This document shows positions 39,557-49,651 of a stretch of DNA of 64,000 bases, piece by piece. The notes beneath the pieces were generated by a model. The model saw nothing but the letters and a program-made list of their open reading frames with translations. It did not search any database and had not been told where the DNA came from. Within the stretch, counting starts at the first letter, position 1. Each line of letters starts with the position of its first letter. The stretch lies in NCBI GenBank assembly GCA_051252375.1, contig JBPOFY010000007.1:32001-96000 (forward strand), written 5' to 3'. Both the position numbers and the translations under genes were made by a program. This stretch comes from Opitutaceae bacterium. Its GTDB lineage: Bacteria > Verrucomicrobiota > Verrucomicrobiia > Opitutales > Coraliomargaritaceae.

Positions 39557-41122
39557 ATGAAACAATCAATTATAACAATTCTTACGACTTGCCTCGCGGC
39601 TATTTCTTCCTTCGCCGAGATAAATAAGCCTAATATCATCTACATCCTCGCCGATGACATGGGGTATGGCGATGTGCAGATCCTCAATCCGGAGCGAGGT
39701 AAGATCGCCACTCCGCATATGGATCGAGTCGCGGAGCAAGGTATGATCTTTACTGATGCGCACACGACTTCTTCCGTATGCACTCCGACACGCTACGGCA
39801 TCATGACTGGCCGCTATAATTGGCGGACGCACCTACAGTGGCATGTGCTCGATGGCTACGGCTTGCCCCTGATTCCTACTAGCCGGACGACGGTGCCCAG
39901 CTTCCTCAGTGAAAACGGGTATACTACAGCGATGATTGGCAAGTGGCATCTAGGGCTGGATATCGCGACGACCGATGGGAAGAAGGCAAGACCTGCCGGC
40001 GGACTAAAACAGAAGTTGAAGAAGGGCGCTTTTCAGCCAGCAGAACTTTCCAATATTGATTGGAAGGCGGCGATTAATGGCGGTCCTGTCGACCTCGGAT
40101 TTGATTCCTGGTTTGGAATCACCGCGTCGCTGGATTTTCCTCCTTATGTTTGGATTCGTGATCGAAACTGGGTCGGCGAAGGCACGCATTCTAAAGCCTT
40201 TGCTCGCCCGGGACCTGCCAGTGAGGATTTTGAGGCGATAGATGTTTTGGATAAACTTGTCGCGGAATCCGTCCAATACATCTCCGAGTATAACAGCGAA
40301 AAACCCTTCTTTATCTATATGCCATTGCCATCGCCGCATACGCCCATTGTTCCTTCCAAAAAGTGGCAGGGTAAAAGTGGTATCGGCCGTTATGGTGACT
40401 TCATGATGCAGACCGACGACATCGTTGGTCAGGTCGTTAAGGCACTCGAAGAGAAGGGGATTTCAGAAAATACCCTGCTTATCGTGACCAGTGATAATGG
40501 TTGCTCCAAAGCAGCCAACTTCAAGCAATTGGAAGGCCATGGGCACTTTGCCAGCGCGCAATATCGTGGCTCCAAGGCGGACCTCTGGGAAGGCGGACAT
40601 CGTGTGCCGTTCCTCGTAAAATGGCCCGCAGTCATCAAAGCAGGTAGCGTATCCGACGTGCTCACCTGTCAGACAGATTTGCTCGCGACGTGCGCCGAAT
40701 TGGTCGGCAAACAACTACCTGCGAATGCCGGTGAAGACAGCGAAAGCATCTTGCCGCTCTTCACCGGAAAACCGACTGAGTTCTCGCGCAAGGGTATCAT
40801 CAATCACAGCGTGAGTGGGCATTTTGCATACCGTCAGGGCAAGTGGAAACTCCTGCTAGCAAAGGGGTCCGGCGGATGGACTGCACCGACAGAAAAGACC
40901 ATGGTCAACGTTGCAAGTGCACCAGAAGGTCAACTCTATGATTTGGAAGCGGATCCCGGTGAGCAGAACAATCTCTACCTAAAGAACCCAGAAGTTGTCG
41001 AAACCCTCATGGCTCAACTCAAGGAAGATATTGCCAATGGTCGCAGCACAGCAGGTCCCAAGCAGGAGAACGACATCCCAGTCGATCAGATCAAGCTGTG
41101 GAAGGGCAACGCTGCGAAGTAA
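39557..41122 (+). CDS. S1 arylsulfatase (S1_15-like)
   Basis: KPNIIYILADDMGYGD, SSVCTPTRY, GKWHLG, SPHTP, TSDNG, EGGHRVP. Confidence 0.92.
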   Translation: MKQSIITILTTCLAAISSFAEINKPNIIYILADDMGYGDVQILNPERGKIATPHMDRVAEQGMIFTDAHTTSSVCTPTRYGIMTGRYNWRTHLQWHVLDGYGLPLIPTSRTTVPSFLSENGYTTAMIGKWHLGLDIATTDGKKARPAGGLKQKLKKGAFQPAELSNIDWKAAINGGPVDLGFDSWFGITASLDFPPYVWIRDRNWVGEGTHSKAFARPGPASEDFEAIDVLDKLVAESVQYISEYNSEKPFFIYMPLPSPHTPIVPSKKWQGKSGIGRYGDFMMQTDDIVGQVVKALEEKGISENTLLIVTSDNGCSKAANFKQLEGHGHFASAQYRGSKADLWEGGHRVPFLVKWPAVIKAGSVSDVLTCQTDLLATCAELVGKQLPANAGEDSESILPLFTGKPTEFSRKGIINHSVSGHFAYRQGKWKLLLAKGSGGWTAPTEKTMVNVASAPEGQLYDLEADPGEQNNLYLKNPEVVETLMAQLKEDIANGRSTAGPKQENDIPVDQIKLWKGNAAK

Positions 41123-41132
41123 GGGCACTCTT

Positions 41133-42641
41133 ATGATAACAACCACATTTTTTAGGAGTTTAGCAATCATCTCTGCCCTTTGGGCCACGGCCTTATGGGG
41201 TGCGGAGAAACCAAATGTCATTATCGTGATGACTGATGATCAGGGCTATCCAGTCGTGGGGGCGCATGGCCACCCGTGGATAAACACGCCACATCTGGAC
41301 CAGATGCACGATCAGTCGATCCGTTTTGATCGCTTCATGATGGGCTCTACCTGTGCACCGAGTCGGGCGGGAATCATGGCTGGAGTGCATTCCATTCGTA
41401 ATGGTGTCACGCATACCATTTACGAGCGTGAGCGGCTCAACTTGGAGGCGGTCACGATACCCGAAGTGCTCAAGCCAGCTGGTTACACTTCGGGCTACTT
41501 TGGTAAATGGCACCTTGGTGATGAAAATCCGTATCAACCGGAGAACCGCGGCTTTGATGAAACTTTCATCCACGGTGCGGGTGGCATCGGGCAGGCATAC
41601 AAAGGCTCCTGTGCAGATGTGCCTGGCAACAAATACTTTGATCCTGTGTTCAAGCACAACGGCACCTTCGTAAAGACCGAGGGCTACTGCACGGATATTT
41701 TGTTTAAAGCGACCCTAGGCTGGATCCAATCGGTTAAGGATTCCGACCAACCGTTCTTCGCCTTCCTGTCAACCAACGCTCCTCACAGCCCTTTCATCGC
41801 ACCGCCGGAATATCAAAAGCACTACCAAGATCTTGGGTTTAACAAAAATGCTGCAGGCTTTTACGGGATGATCGAACACATCGACTTCAACATGGGCTTA
41901 ATGTTCGAACAGTTGGACGCGTGGGGTCTGCTGGAGAATACGATCGTCATTTTCACCTCCGACAATGGCATGACAACGAGTGGTTGCGGTCTGAAGGGAA
42001 AGGCGGGGCGCCCACATGTGAAGCTCGGCACGGATAAACAAGGGAATGCGATGATGTCCTACAACGCAGGAATGAAAGGGCTCAAAGGCACGGTGAATGA
42101 AGGCGGCGTGCGGGTGCCTTTCTTTGTGCGCTGGGACGGAAAAATCAAAGAGGGGCGCACAGTGGATACAGTCGTCAACTATTTGGATATTCTTCCGACC
42201 TTGGCTGATCTTGGTGGAGCGGAGCTTCCAAGCACACAAGTATTCGAAGGTAGGAGTTTGCTGCCCCTATTGTTCGAGCAAGATCCTGAATGGGAGGATC
42301 GGTTTCAGTTTCAACACGTGACCCGCTGGAATTTAGGAGCCGAGCCGGACAACTTCAAGTGGAAGAGTTACTCGGTTCGTAACCAGCGCTTCAGGCTAGT
42401 CGAGGGGGTGCTCTACGATATGGAGCATGATCCCGAGCAGACGAAGGATGTTACAGCAGAATACCCAGAAGTCCTATCAGAGATGAAGAAAGCTTACGAA
42501 AAATTCTGGGATGAAGCACGGCCACTGATGATTAACGACGGTGTGCCTCTGGCGAAGGAGAAACCTTTCCACGTCGATTATAACAATCAGAAAGGAACCA
42601 CTGGGATTCCGATGTGGAATGAGCCCAGCCTAAAAAATTAG
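41133..42641 (+). CDS. S1 arylsulfatase (S1_17-like)
   Basis: Signal peptide from ATG 41133; KPNVIIVMTDDQGY, CAPSR, GKWHLGD, APHSP, EGGVRVP. Confidence 0.9.
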   Translation: MITTTFFRSLAIISALWATALWGAEKPNVIIVMTDDQGYPVVGAHGHPWINTPHLDQMHDQSIRFDRFMMGSTCAPSRAGIMAGVHSIRNGVTHTIYERERLNLEAVTIPEVLKPAGYTSGYFGKWHLGDENPYQPENRGFDETFIHGAGGIGQAYKGSCADVPGNKYFDPVFKHNGTFVKTEGYCTDILFKATLGWIQSVKDSDQPFFAFLSTNAPHSPFIAPPEYQKHYQDLGFNKNAAGFYGMIEHIDFNMGLMFEQLDAWGLLENTIVIFTSDNGMTTSGCGLKGKAGRPHVKLGTDKQGNAMMSYNAGMKGLKGTVNEGGVRVPFFVRWDGKIKEGRTVDTVVNYLDILPTLADLGGAELPSTQVFEGRSLLPLLFEQDPEWEDRFQFQHVTRWNLGAEPDNFKWKSYSVRNQRFRLVEGVLYDMEHDPEQTKDVTAEYPEVLSEMKKAYEKFWDEARPLMINDGVPLAKEKPFHVDYNNQKGTTGIPMWNEPSLKN

Positions 42642-42679
42642 TATGTCTTGAGCTCCCAACTGAATACACAAAACACAGA

Positions 42680-44584
42680 ATGGGCAAAGCAACCAAACTA
42701 ACCCGAATAGCCGTTGGCCTGCTTGCCATGAGCCATTATGCTTCTGCGCTCGAGCTACATGTCGCGGTGAATGGCAATGATAGTAACGCTGGCACCGAGG
42801 CATCGCCGCTTGCGACGATCACCGCAGCAAGAGATGCACTCAGGAGCTCAGGGAAACTAGGCGCAGAAGAATGCACTGTCATAGTGGGAGAGGGCGTCTA
42901 TCGCCTGAGTGCCCCGATCACCTTTACGCCCGCAGACAGTGGCAGCGAGCAAACACCCGTGGTCTATCGTGCGGCGGAAGGCGCCAGTGTGACGATCACG
43001 GGAGCGCAGGAAATTACATCGGCATGGAAGCTTTGGAAAGACGGCATCTATCGGACGCAGGTCGGAGAGGTGGATGCAGTGGATCAGCTCTTTGTGAATC
43101 AAAGTCGTCAGATTCTTGCCCGTTATCCGGATATAAACGCAGGCTATATCCAAAAGCTGGATCTACACAAAAATAAGCGCGGCAAGATGGCGGGCAACGT
43201 GCCGTATGATGGTTGTGCGGAGGCCGCAGAAAAGCCTAATGTGCTGTTTATCATCGCCGATGATTTAGGTGCTCGCCTAGCGAGTAATGGCGATCCAGTC
43301 GCGGTGACGCCGCACCTAGATCAGTTGGCAGAGAGAGGCGTGACTTTTCTCAATACATTCTGCCAGTTCCCCACCTGTGGTCCTAGCCGCGCTTCGATAA
43401 TGTCGGGGCTGTATCCGTTTGAGAATGGCTATGCCAGAAATTCAAACCTTACATACAATCAAGCAGTGCCTCGTGTCGTTTCACTGCCAGCCTTATTTCG
43501 AGAGAACGGCTATTTTACCGCACGTGTGGGTAAGATTTTCCACATGAGTGTGCCGGGCGGCCTTGGAGAAAAAGGTGGTGACGATGATCATGCTTGGGAT
43601 GTTGCGGTGAATAATACCGGGTATGAGGCGCTAGATGAAAATTGGCAAAAGGCCACTCACGTAGGAAAATCGGGAAGGTCTGCGACTCGCGTGGTGTATG
43701 ATAATCCCGAAATCGATGATAAGAAAATGGCGGATGGACAGGGGCTCCACGATGCGGTGGAACTGCTGAAAGCGCACAACCCTACGAAAACCGGAAAGCC
43801 GTTCTTCTTGGCCTTTGGCACTTACAGTCCACATCCACCGATGCTCGTTCCCAACAAGCATTGGGAGGCCGTAGATATTTCTAAATATACCATACCCTTT
43901 GTCCCCGAAGGCGATCGCGATGATATCCCTAAAGTGAATTGGCACCTGAAGGGCCCCGGGTATGACTTTATCCCAGACGAACATGGCGTGAATTATAGTC
44001 ATGCTTACTATGCCGCGATTCATTTCGTCGACGACCTCGCCGGCCAGCTCATCGAAGAGTTAGAGAATCAAGGGTTGGCCGATAACACCATTATCATTTT
44101 CACCGGCGATCAAGGATTTCACCTCGGCGAACACGGGCATTGGCACAAGTCCTCCATGTTTGAGCAAGCTACCCGAGTGCCGCTGATCGTGGTCGATCCA
44201 CGGCAAAAGGAAAAAGGTAAGATCGCCACGAATCTAAGTGGCTTGATTGATCTCTATCCCACGCTTTGCGAATTGGCCGATATTGAGCCACCGCATGCAT
44301 TGTCGGGGCAGAGTTTGGTGCCGCAACTCAATGATGTCACTGCGTCTGGTAAAGCGTATGAGTTCACCATGGGGTCTGGGAAACCGGACGGATACGGAAT
44401 CCGCAGCGAGCGGTTCCGCTATACCGAGTGGAGAAAGCCTAAGGGCCCAGCTCAATTCTCAATGCTCTACGATTTAGAGAAGGATCCAAATGAGTTTAAC
44501 AACCTGATCGATGATCCCGAGTATGCACAGATCCAGAAGGAATTAAGTGAGGTGCTAAGTGCTGCCATTACGCAACGGAAATAG
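42680..44584 (+). CDS. Chimeric protein: GH141 N-terminal fragment fused in frame to an iduronate-sulfatase-like S1 sulfatase
   Basis: Residues ~20-180 closely match the N-terminus of the 47028 gene, then KPNVLFIIADD, CGPSR, GKIFH, SPHPP, GDQGFHLGEHG.W.K. Confidence 0.85.
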   Translation: MGKATKLTRIAVGLLAMSHYASALELHVAVNGNDSNAGTEASPLATITAARDALRSSGKLGAEECTVIVGEGVYRLSAPITFTPADSGSEQTPVVYRAAEGASVTITGAQEITSAWKLWKDGIYRTQVGEVDAVDQLFVNQSRQILARYPDINAGYIQKLDLHKNKRGKMAGNVPYDGCAEAAEKPNVLFIIADDLGARLASNGDPVAVTPHLDQLAERGVTFLNTFCQFPTCGPSRASIMSGLYPFENGYARNSNLTYNQAVPRVVSLPALFRENGYFTARVGKIFHMSVPGGLGEKGGDDDHAWDVAVNNTGYEALDENWQKATHVGKSGRSATRVVYDNPEIDDKKMADGQGLHDAVELLKAHNPTKTGKPFFLAFGTYSPHPPMLVPNKHWEAVDISKYTIPFVPEGDRDDIPKVNWHLKGPGYDFIPDEHGVNYSHAYYAAIHFVDDLAGQLIEELENQGLADNTIIIFTGDQGFHLGEHGHWHKSSMFEQATRVPLIVVDPRQKEKGKIATNLSGLIDLYPTLCELADIEPPHALSGQSLVPQLNDVTASGKAYEFTMGSGKPDGYGIRSERFRYTEWRKPKGPAQFSMLYDLEKDPNEFNNLIDDPEYAQIQKELSEVLSAAITQRK

Positions 44585-44613
44585 AACGAGATCTAAACAG
44601 ATAATAGCGACGT

Positions 44614-46119
44614 ATGATAATAAATAAAACAGTTACTACAGCCTTAGTATTCGTGGCGGGAGTATTGTCGTTGCAGGCCAAGCCGGCGCGTTCAGATTCA
44701 CCGAACGCAAACGTGCCGCAAGGCAGTTCAAAAACGGATATCGAGTCGGCGCTCTTCAATTTAAACCTCCACCACCAGCAACCAGATTCCGCCAACGAAT
44801 TGTATCGAGCTGCTTGGGAGATACTCTCTGCGAACCAGGGGGCGACTTACTCCGATCTCATGCAGGACGAGGCCTTTCAAGCGCTTTGTGCCGCAAATGG
44901 TATGGACGCTTTGGGCGGGCCGATGCTGGGCAATGTGACCGCAGAGGGCGCGAAGGTTTGGATTCGCACGTTGCAGCCAGCCAAAGTGGAAGTGCAGGTG
45001 AAGGTCGGCAATCAGACTAAGGTCTATGGGCCAGTGCAAAGCACGGCTGCGTCAGACCTGACCGCGATTGTAACCGTCGATGGGCTGAAGCCTGACACGA
45101 GCTATCCCTACAGTGTTTTGGTCGACGGCAAGCCAATTTCAATTCCGAAACATGCAGCAATCACCACAGCTCCGAAGGAGGGCTCGAAGAGCCCTGTGCG
45201 GATTACCTTCGGCAGTTGTTTACACCGCTGGGGATTCGGTAACCAGATGCAGTCGGATATGATTCGCAGCCGCAAGCCGACAGCGATGCTGCTGTTGGGC
45301 GACATTGCCGCTCAAGACAGAGAGAACCATCTCGGATTGCACCGTGTGGATTACTTAGCGCGCGATCTACATCCTGCATGGCAGGATCTATCGGCGACCG
45401 TTCCAATGTATGCGACTTGGGATGACCATGACTATTTCGATAATGATAAAGCAGGTGTTTATCGGGATTTTACAGTCAAAGACAAAGAGGCTGTGTGTGA
45501 CGTGTTTCAACAGTCATGGAATAATCCGTCGTATGGGTTCAATGACGAGCGTCGTGGAGTGTTCCTCCGCACACGAATTGGCCCAGCGGATGTGATCATG
45601 GTCGACAACCGTTATTTTAGAGAAAACAAGAAAGGCTCGTTTCTCGGAGATGAGCAAATGCAGTGGCTCGAAGCTCAACTGCTCGACTGCAAAGGTCCGT
45701 TTATCATTCTGTCCTGTGGATCTATGTGGAGCGATTACGTTTCAGCCGGCAAAGACTCTTGGGGGAAATTCGACCCCGAGGGACGTGAGCGCATCTTTCA
45801 GCTAATTGAGAGAAACAAGATTCCCGGTGTGATTTTGATTTCTGGTGATCGTCATGGTGCCCGTGGTTTTACAATTCCCCGTCCGTCGGGGTTCGAGTTC
45901 TACGAGTTCGAAGCCGCGAGTCTCGGCGGCAGATGTGGTCCACCGACACAACACCCGAGCTGGAAGACTCAGCTCTATGGGATTTGTGATCAATATGCAT
46001 TTGGCGAACTCTCGATCGATGCAGACCTAGAAGACCCTGAAGTGACGTTTAGGCTCGTTGAAGATCTTGGCACTGTAATTTACGAAAAGACACTGACGCG
46101 TAGTCAATTGACGCCGTAG
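44614..46119 (+). CDS. PhoD-like (alkaline phosphatase D family) metallophosphoesterase
   Basis: GPMLG, FN3-like GLKPDTSY, FGSC, LLGD, WDDHDY..ND, LGDEQMQWL, SGDRH. Confidence 0.85.
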   Translation: MIINKTVTTALVFVAGVLSLQAKPARSDSPNANVPQGSSKTDIESALFNLNLHHQQPDSANELYRAAWEILSANQGATYSDLMQDEAFQALCAANGMDALGGPMLGNVTAEGAKVWIRTLQPAKVEVQVKVGNQTKVYGPVQSTAASDLTAIVTVDGLKPDTSYPYSVLVDGKPISIPKHAAITTAPKEGSKSPVRITFGSCLHRWGFGNQMQSDMIRSRKPTAMLLLGDIAAQDRENHLGLHRVDYLARDLHPAWQDLSATVPMYATWDDHDYFDNDKAGVYRDFTVKDKEAVCDVFQQSWNNPSYGFNDERRGVFLRTRIGPADVIMVDNRYFRENKKGSFLGDEQMQWLEAQLLDCKGPFIILSCGSMWSDYVSAGKDSWGKFDPEGRERIFQLIERNKIPGVILISGDRHGARGFTIPRPSGFEFYEFEAASLGGRCGPPTQHPSWKTQLYGICDQYAFGELSIDADLEDPEVTFRLVEDLGTVIYEKTLTRSQLTP

Positions 46120-46145
46120 CCACTAAGAGAACAAGACTGATCATT

Positions 46146-46931
46146 ATGTTGAAAAAAGAAATTTGTATTCTACTGACCGTTGCCAGTGTGCTGCTGGGCG
46201 CGAGTGTTGCCGAAGCAGGGCTAAAGATTTACTACATTCGCCATGCAGAAGGAGGGCACAATGTAAAGAAAGCCTGGGAAGCAAAAGATATCCCGAAGTC
46301 TGAATGGCCTGCTTATGTAGGCGATCCAAATGCATTTACACCTAAAGGGAAAACACAGGTAGTCAGCGCCACGGAGAAACTTCAGCAGTATGATTTCGAT
46401 TTTGTGGCGACTAGCCCAATGTGGAGAGTCCATAATACGATTGCTCCGTTTCTGATAGTGACCAACCAACAGGCTGAGGTATGGCCTGAGTTGAGGGAGG
46501 GGAAGGGGATGGTTACGATCCTTTCGGATGACATTCCTGAAGTGAAAGAAGACATCTTAAACAAGGGCGATGCCATTGTGGTGACGGACGAAGAGGCTGC
46601 CTATTTAAGGATTCGCCCAGGTGCAGAGAATAACTACTCAAGATATCCCAAGGGCAGCAGCGATAACGAGGAGGTCGCGTATATGAAGCACGTCTCTCTA
46701 CATGCGATCGATTTGATCAAGGAACGTTTCGGTGGATCCGAAAAATCGATCCTTCTGGCAGGACATAATAGCGCGGGAGTTTCGCTATTGAAGTTACTAC
46801 TCCAAGAGGAACCTGAAAACAAAAGAGGATTGGTAAATACCGGAATCTGGATGGTCGAAGAACAACCCGATGGTTCGTTTGAACTGAAAATGTATAATGA
46901 TGAGCTGGTCGAAAGCGATTCAATGCTTTGA
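46146..46931 (+). CDS. Secreted histidine phosphatase superfamily protein
   Basis: Signal peptide; YIRHAEG..N, TPKG..Q, TSPMWR, LRE, LAGH. Confidence 0.85.
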   Translation: MLKKEICILLTVASVLLGASVAEAGLKIYYIRHAEGGHNVKKAWEAKDIPKSEWPAYVGDPNAFTPKGKTQVVSATEKLQQYDFDFVATSPMWRVHNTIAPFLIVTNQQAEVWPELREGKGMVTILSDDIPEVKEDILNKGDAIVVTDEEAAYLRIRPGAENNYSRYPKGSSDNEEVAYMKHVSLHAIDLIKERFGGSEKSILLAGHNSAGVSLLKLLLQEEPENKRGLVNTGIWMVEEQPDGSFELKMYNDELVESDSML

Positions 46932-47027
46932 TCCCCATAAACACGCGATAGACCACTCAGGTAGGTTTTGGTAGTATGTGAGTTTGTCTCCAATAGTCTG
47001 CTTGGGAGAAGAACTAGGACCTGATTT

Positions 47028-49592
47028 ATGAATATCACAAACTCACTCTTCGCGCTCGCTTTGCTGGCTATGAGCACTTCAGCCTCTGCGTTGGAGATTC
47101 ATGTTGCGGTGAATGGCAATGATGCGAACCCCGGCACCCATACATCTCCCTTGGCGACAATCACCGCAGCGAGAGATGCCCTGCGTATTTCTGGAAAGCT
47201 TGGCGAAAAATCTTGCACCGTTGTGATGGGAGAGGGGGTCTATCGCCTGAGTGCTCCGATTACTTTTACGCCCACAGACAGTGGCAGTGAGGAGGCGCCC
47301 GTGGTCTATCGTGCGGCTGAAGGCGCAAGAGTGACGTTCACGGGAGCGCAGGAGATCACGACAGGATGGAAGCCGTGGAAGGATGGGATTTATCGGACTC
47401 AAATTGGTGATATGGATGCAGTGGATCAGCTGTTTGTAAACCAAAGCCGCCAGATCCTTTCTCGTTATCCAGATATAGGTGCGGGCTATATCAAAAAGCT
47501 CGATCTCGGCAAAAAGGCGCGCGGTAAAATGGCTGGGAATGTGCCTTACGATGGTTGTGCGGATGATGCTTGGGATGTAAGTAAATCGAAAGGTTGGGCG
47601 GATCCTTCTGGGGCGTTTATGCACGGTATGCACGGCGGGCTTTGGGGAAGCCAACATTACAAAGTCACAGGTAAGAAGGCTGATGGTTCCCTTGCCTATA
47701 CAGGTGGTTGGCAGAATAATCGGGCCAGACCGCCTCACCCGACGTATCACATGATCGAGAATGTCTTTGAGGAGTTGGACTCAGCGGGAGAATGGTATCA
47801 CGACACCAAGGGTGGTTGGCTCTATTACAAGCCTGCGAAGGGTGTCGATATGGTCACGGCGAAGCTTGAAGCGGTCTTACAAATTAGGCATCTGATCGAT
47901 TTTTACGGCAGCCATAAAACACCAGTCGCCACCATGGATATCCGCGATGCGGGTAACGGCCTCAAGAGCACGATTGTGAAAACGTATGAGACCACCAAAC
48001 CCGTGCAGCACATTAAGATCGAGGGCATTCGCTTCACCGGAACAGCGCGCACCTTTATGGATACGATTGAACCGCTCTTGCGCAGTGACTGGTCGATCTA
48101 CCGTGGCGGTGCGATTCACCTGCGCGGCACGGAAAACATCTCTATCGAAAACTGTCTGTTCGAGGAAGTCGGCGGTAATGCGGTCTTCGTCGATCACTAC
48201 AATCGTGGTGCGGTGATCCGCAGCAATCAATTCCGCAGGAACGGCGCCTCCGATGTCGTCTTTGCCGGATCGTTTGCCGCAGTGCGTGATCCAGAGTTCA
48301 GCTATGGTGCGGCGATCGCATCCGTCGATGAGATGGACAGTGTAGTCGGTCCGAAGAGTGATGAATATCCCGCCGACTGCCTCGTCGAAGATAATCTGAT
48401 GACCTTCTGCGGTCGTGTAGAAAAACAAGTAGCCGGGGTAAATCTCTCGATGTCCTCACGGATTACTATTCGTCATAATACGATCAGTCACACCCCGCGC
48501 GCGGCGATCAATGTTTGCGATGGCACATGGGGTGGTCACTTGATCGAGTGGAATGATTGCTTTGAAACCGTGCTCGAAACACACGACCACGGCGCTTTTA
48601 ACAGTTGGGGCCGCGACCGCATCTGGCACACGGCAAACCCTGCGGGTCCTGGGCAGCGAGACAAGGACGGTAAGGCGCTGATTAGCTACTACATTGATAA
48701 ATATCCAAACTCACCTCAATGGGATGCGTATCAGACCACGATCATTCGTAATAACCGTATGCAGTGCGATCATGGCTGGGATATCGACCTCGACGATGGC
48801 AGCACCAACTACGAGATTTATGATAACCTCTGCCTGAGCGGCGGACTTAAGACACGAGAAGGCTACAACCGCATCGTGACGAACAATGTCGTGATGGGCG
48901 GTTACACCTGTAACGTTCCTTATCCCAAGCCTACTCATGATGTGTTTGAGCGTAATATCGTTGCGGGGCTTCCGATCTATAAATCATCCAACCCTCGTCT
49001 ATGGGGTGGGGTGCGCGATTATACCTTCGTCCATAATCCGACCGCGACTCAGACCGAGCCCGCAGTCGCCCTTCAAAAGCAAACGCTAGATGATGCGCAT
49101 AGTCTTTACGGCAATGCGAAGTTCATTGCTCCTGAGAAGGGTGACTTCACGGTGGCGCCGGATTCACCTGCTTTGAAAATTGGGTTCAAGAATATCCCGA
49201 TGTCAGGATTCGGCGTGACGTCGGAAGCCCTGAAGTCGCAAGCTGGAACACCTCCGCTCCGTATGCCAGATCGCTACGCTACTAATGAGTTTAAAGCGGA
49301 GAAGGCAGTTAAGGTCCTGGGAGCCAATGTGCGCTCTTTGAATAGCTTGGCAGACATAAGTGCCACAGGCATGAACGATAGCAATGGAGCCTATTTGGTG
49401 GATGTGCCTGCTGATAGTCAGCTTGCGAAATACGGTTTTCGTAGTGGGGATGTCGTCCTGTTCGTAAACGGAAAAATCGTGCCAAATGCCGTTGAGTTCG
49501 TCAAAGTGGCAATGCGTTTGCCTAAAGGAGTAAACCGTGTGCAAATCTGGCGCAATCAAGCCGCGGAAACGGTGAAATTCCAGAAAGAATAA
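47028..49592 (+). CDS. GH141-like beta-helix glycoside hydrolase with a C-terminal PDZ domain
   Basis: IHVAVNGND, ENVFEELD..GEWY, ETHDHGAFNSWG, WDIDLDDGS, GFRSGDVVLFVNG..WRN. Confidence 0.8.
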   Translation: MNITNSLFALALLAMSTSASALEIHVAVNGNDANPGTHTSPLATITAARDALRISGKLGEKSCTVVMGEGVYRLSAPITFTPTDSGSEEAPVVYRAAEGARVTFTGAQEITTGWKPWKDGIYRTQIGDMDAVDQLFVNQSRQILSRYPDIGAGYIKKLDLGKKARGKMAGNVPYDGCADDAWDVSKSKGWADPSGAFMHGMHGGLWGSQHYKVTGKKADGSLAYTGGWQNNRARPPHPTYHMIENVFEELDSAGEWYHDTKGGWLYYKPAKGVDMVTAKLEAVLQIRHLIDFYGSHKTPVATMDIRDAGNGLKSTIVKTYETTKPVQHIKIEGIRFTGTARTFMDTIEPLLRSDWSIYRGGAIHLRGTENISIENCLFEEVGGNAVFVDHYNRGAVIRSNQFRRNGASDVVFAGSFAAVRDPEFSYGAAIASVDEMDSVVGPKSDEYPADCLVEDNLMTFCGRVEKQVAGVNLSMSSRITIRHNTISHTPRAAINVCDGTWGGHLIEWNDCFETVLETHDHGAFNSWGRDRIWHTANPAGPGQRDKDGKALISYYIDKYPNSPQWDAYQTTIIRNNRMQCDHGWDIDLDDGSTNYEIYDNLCLSGGLKTREGYNRIVTNNVVMGGYTCNVPYPKPTHDVFERNIVAGLPIYKSSNPRLWGGVRDYTFVHNPTATQTEPAVALQKQTLDDAHSLYGNAKFIAPEKGDFTVAPDSPALKIGFKNIPMSGFGVTSEALKSQAGTPPLRMPDRYATNEFKAEKAVKVLGANVRSLNSLADISATGMNDSNGAYLVDVPADSQLAKYGFRSGDVVLFVNGKIVPNAVEFVKVAMRLPKGVNRVQIWRNQAAETVKFQKE

Positions 49593-49651
49593 CATCAGAT
49601 GTGTCTGAAAAAGATAAATAAGATTTTACGAACCTAGAGAATATAAAAAGT

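Noticed and set aside
40995..41132. N-terminal extension of the sulfatase ORF as given in the track
   Set aside because: It overlaps the upstream sulfatase by over 120 nt; ATG 41133 gives a normal signal peptide just after the upstream stop.
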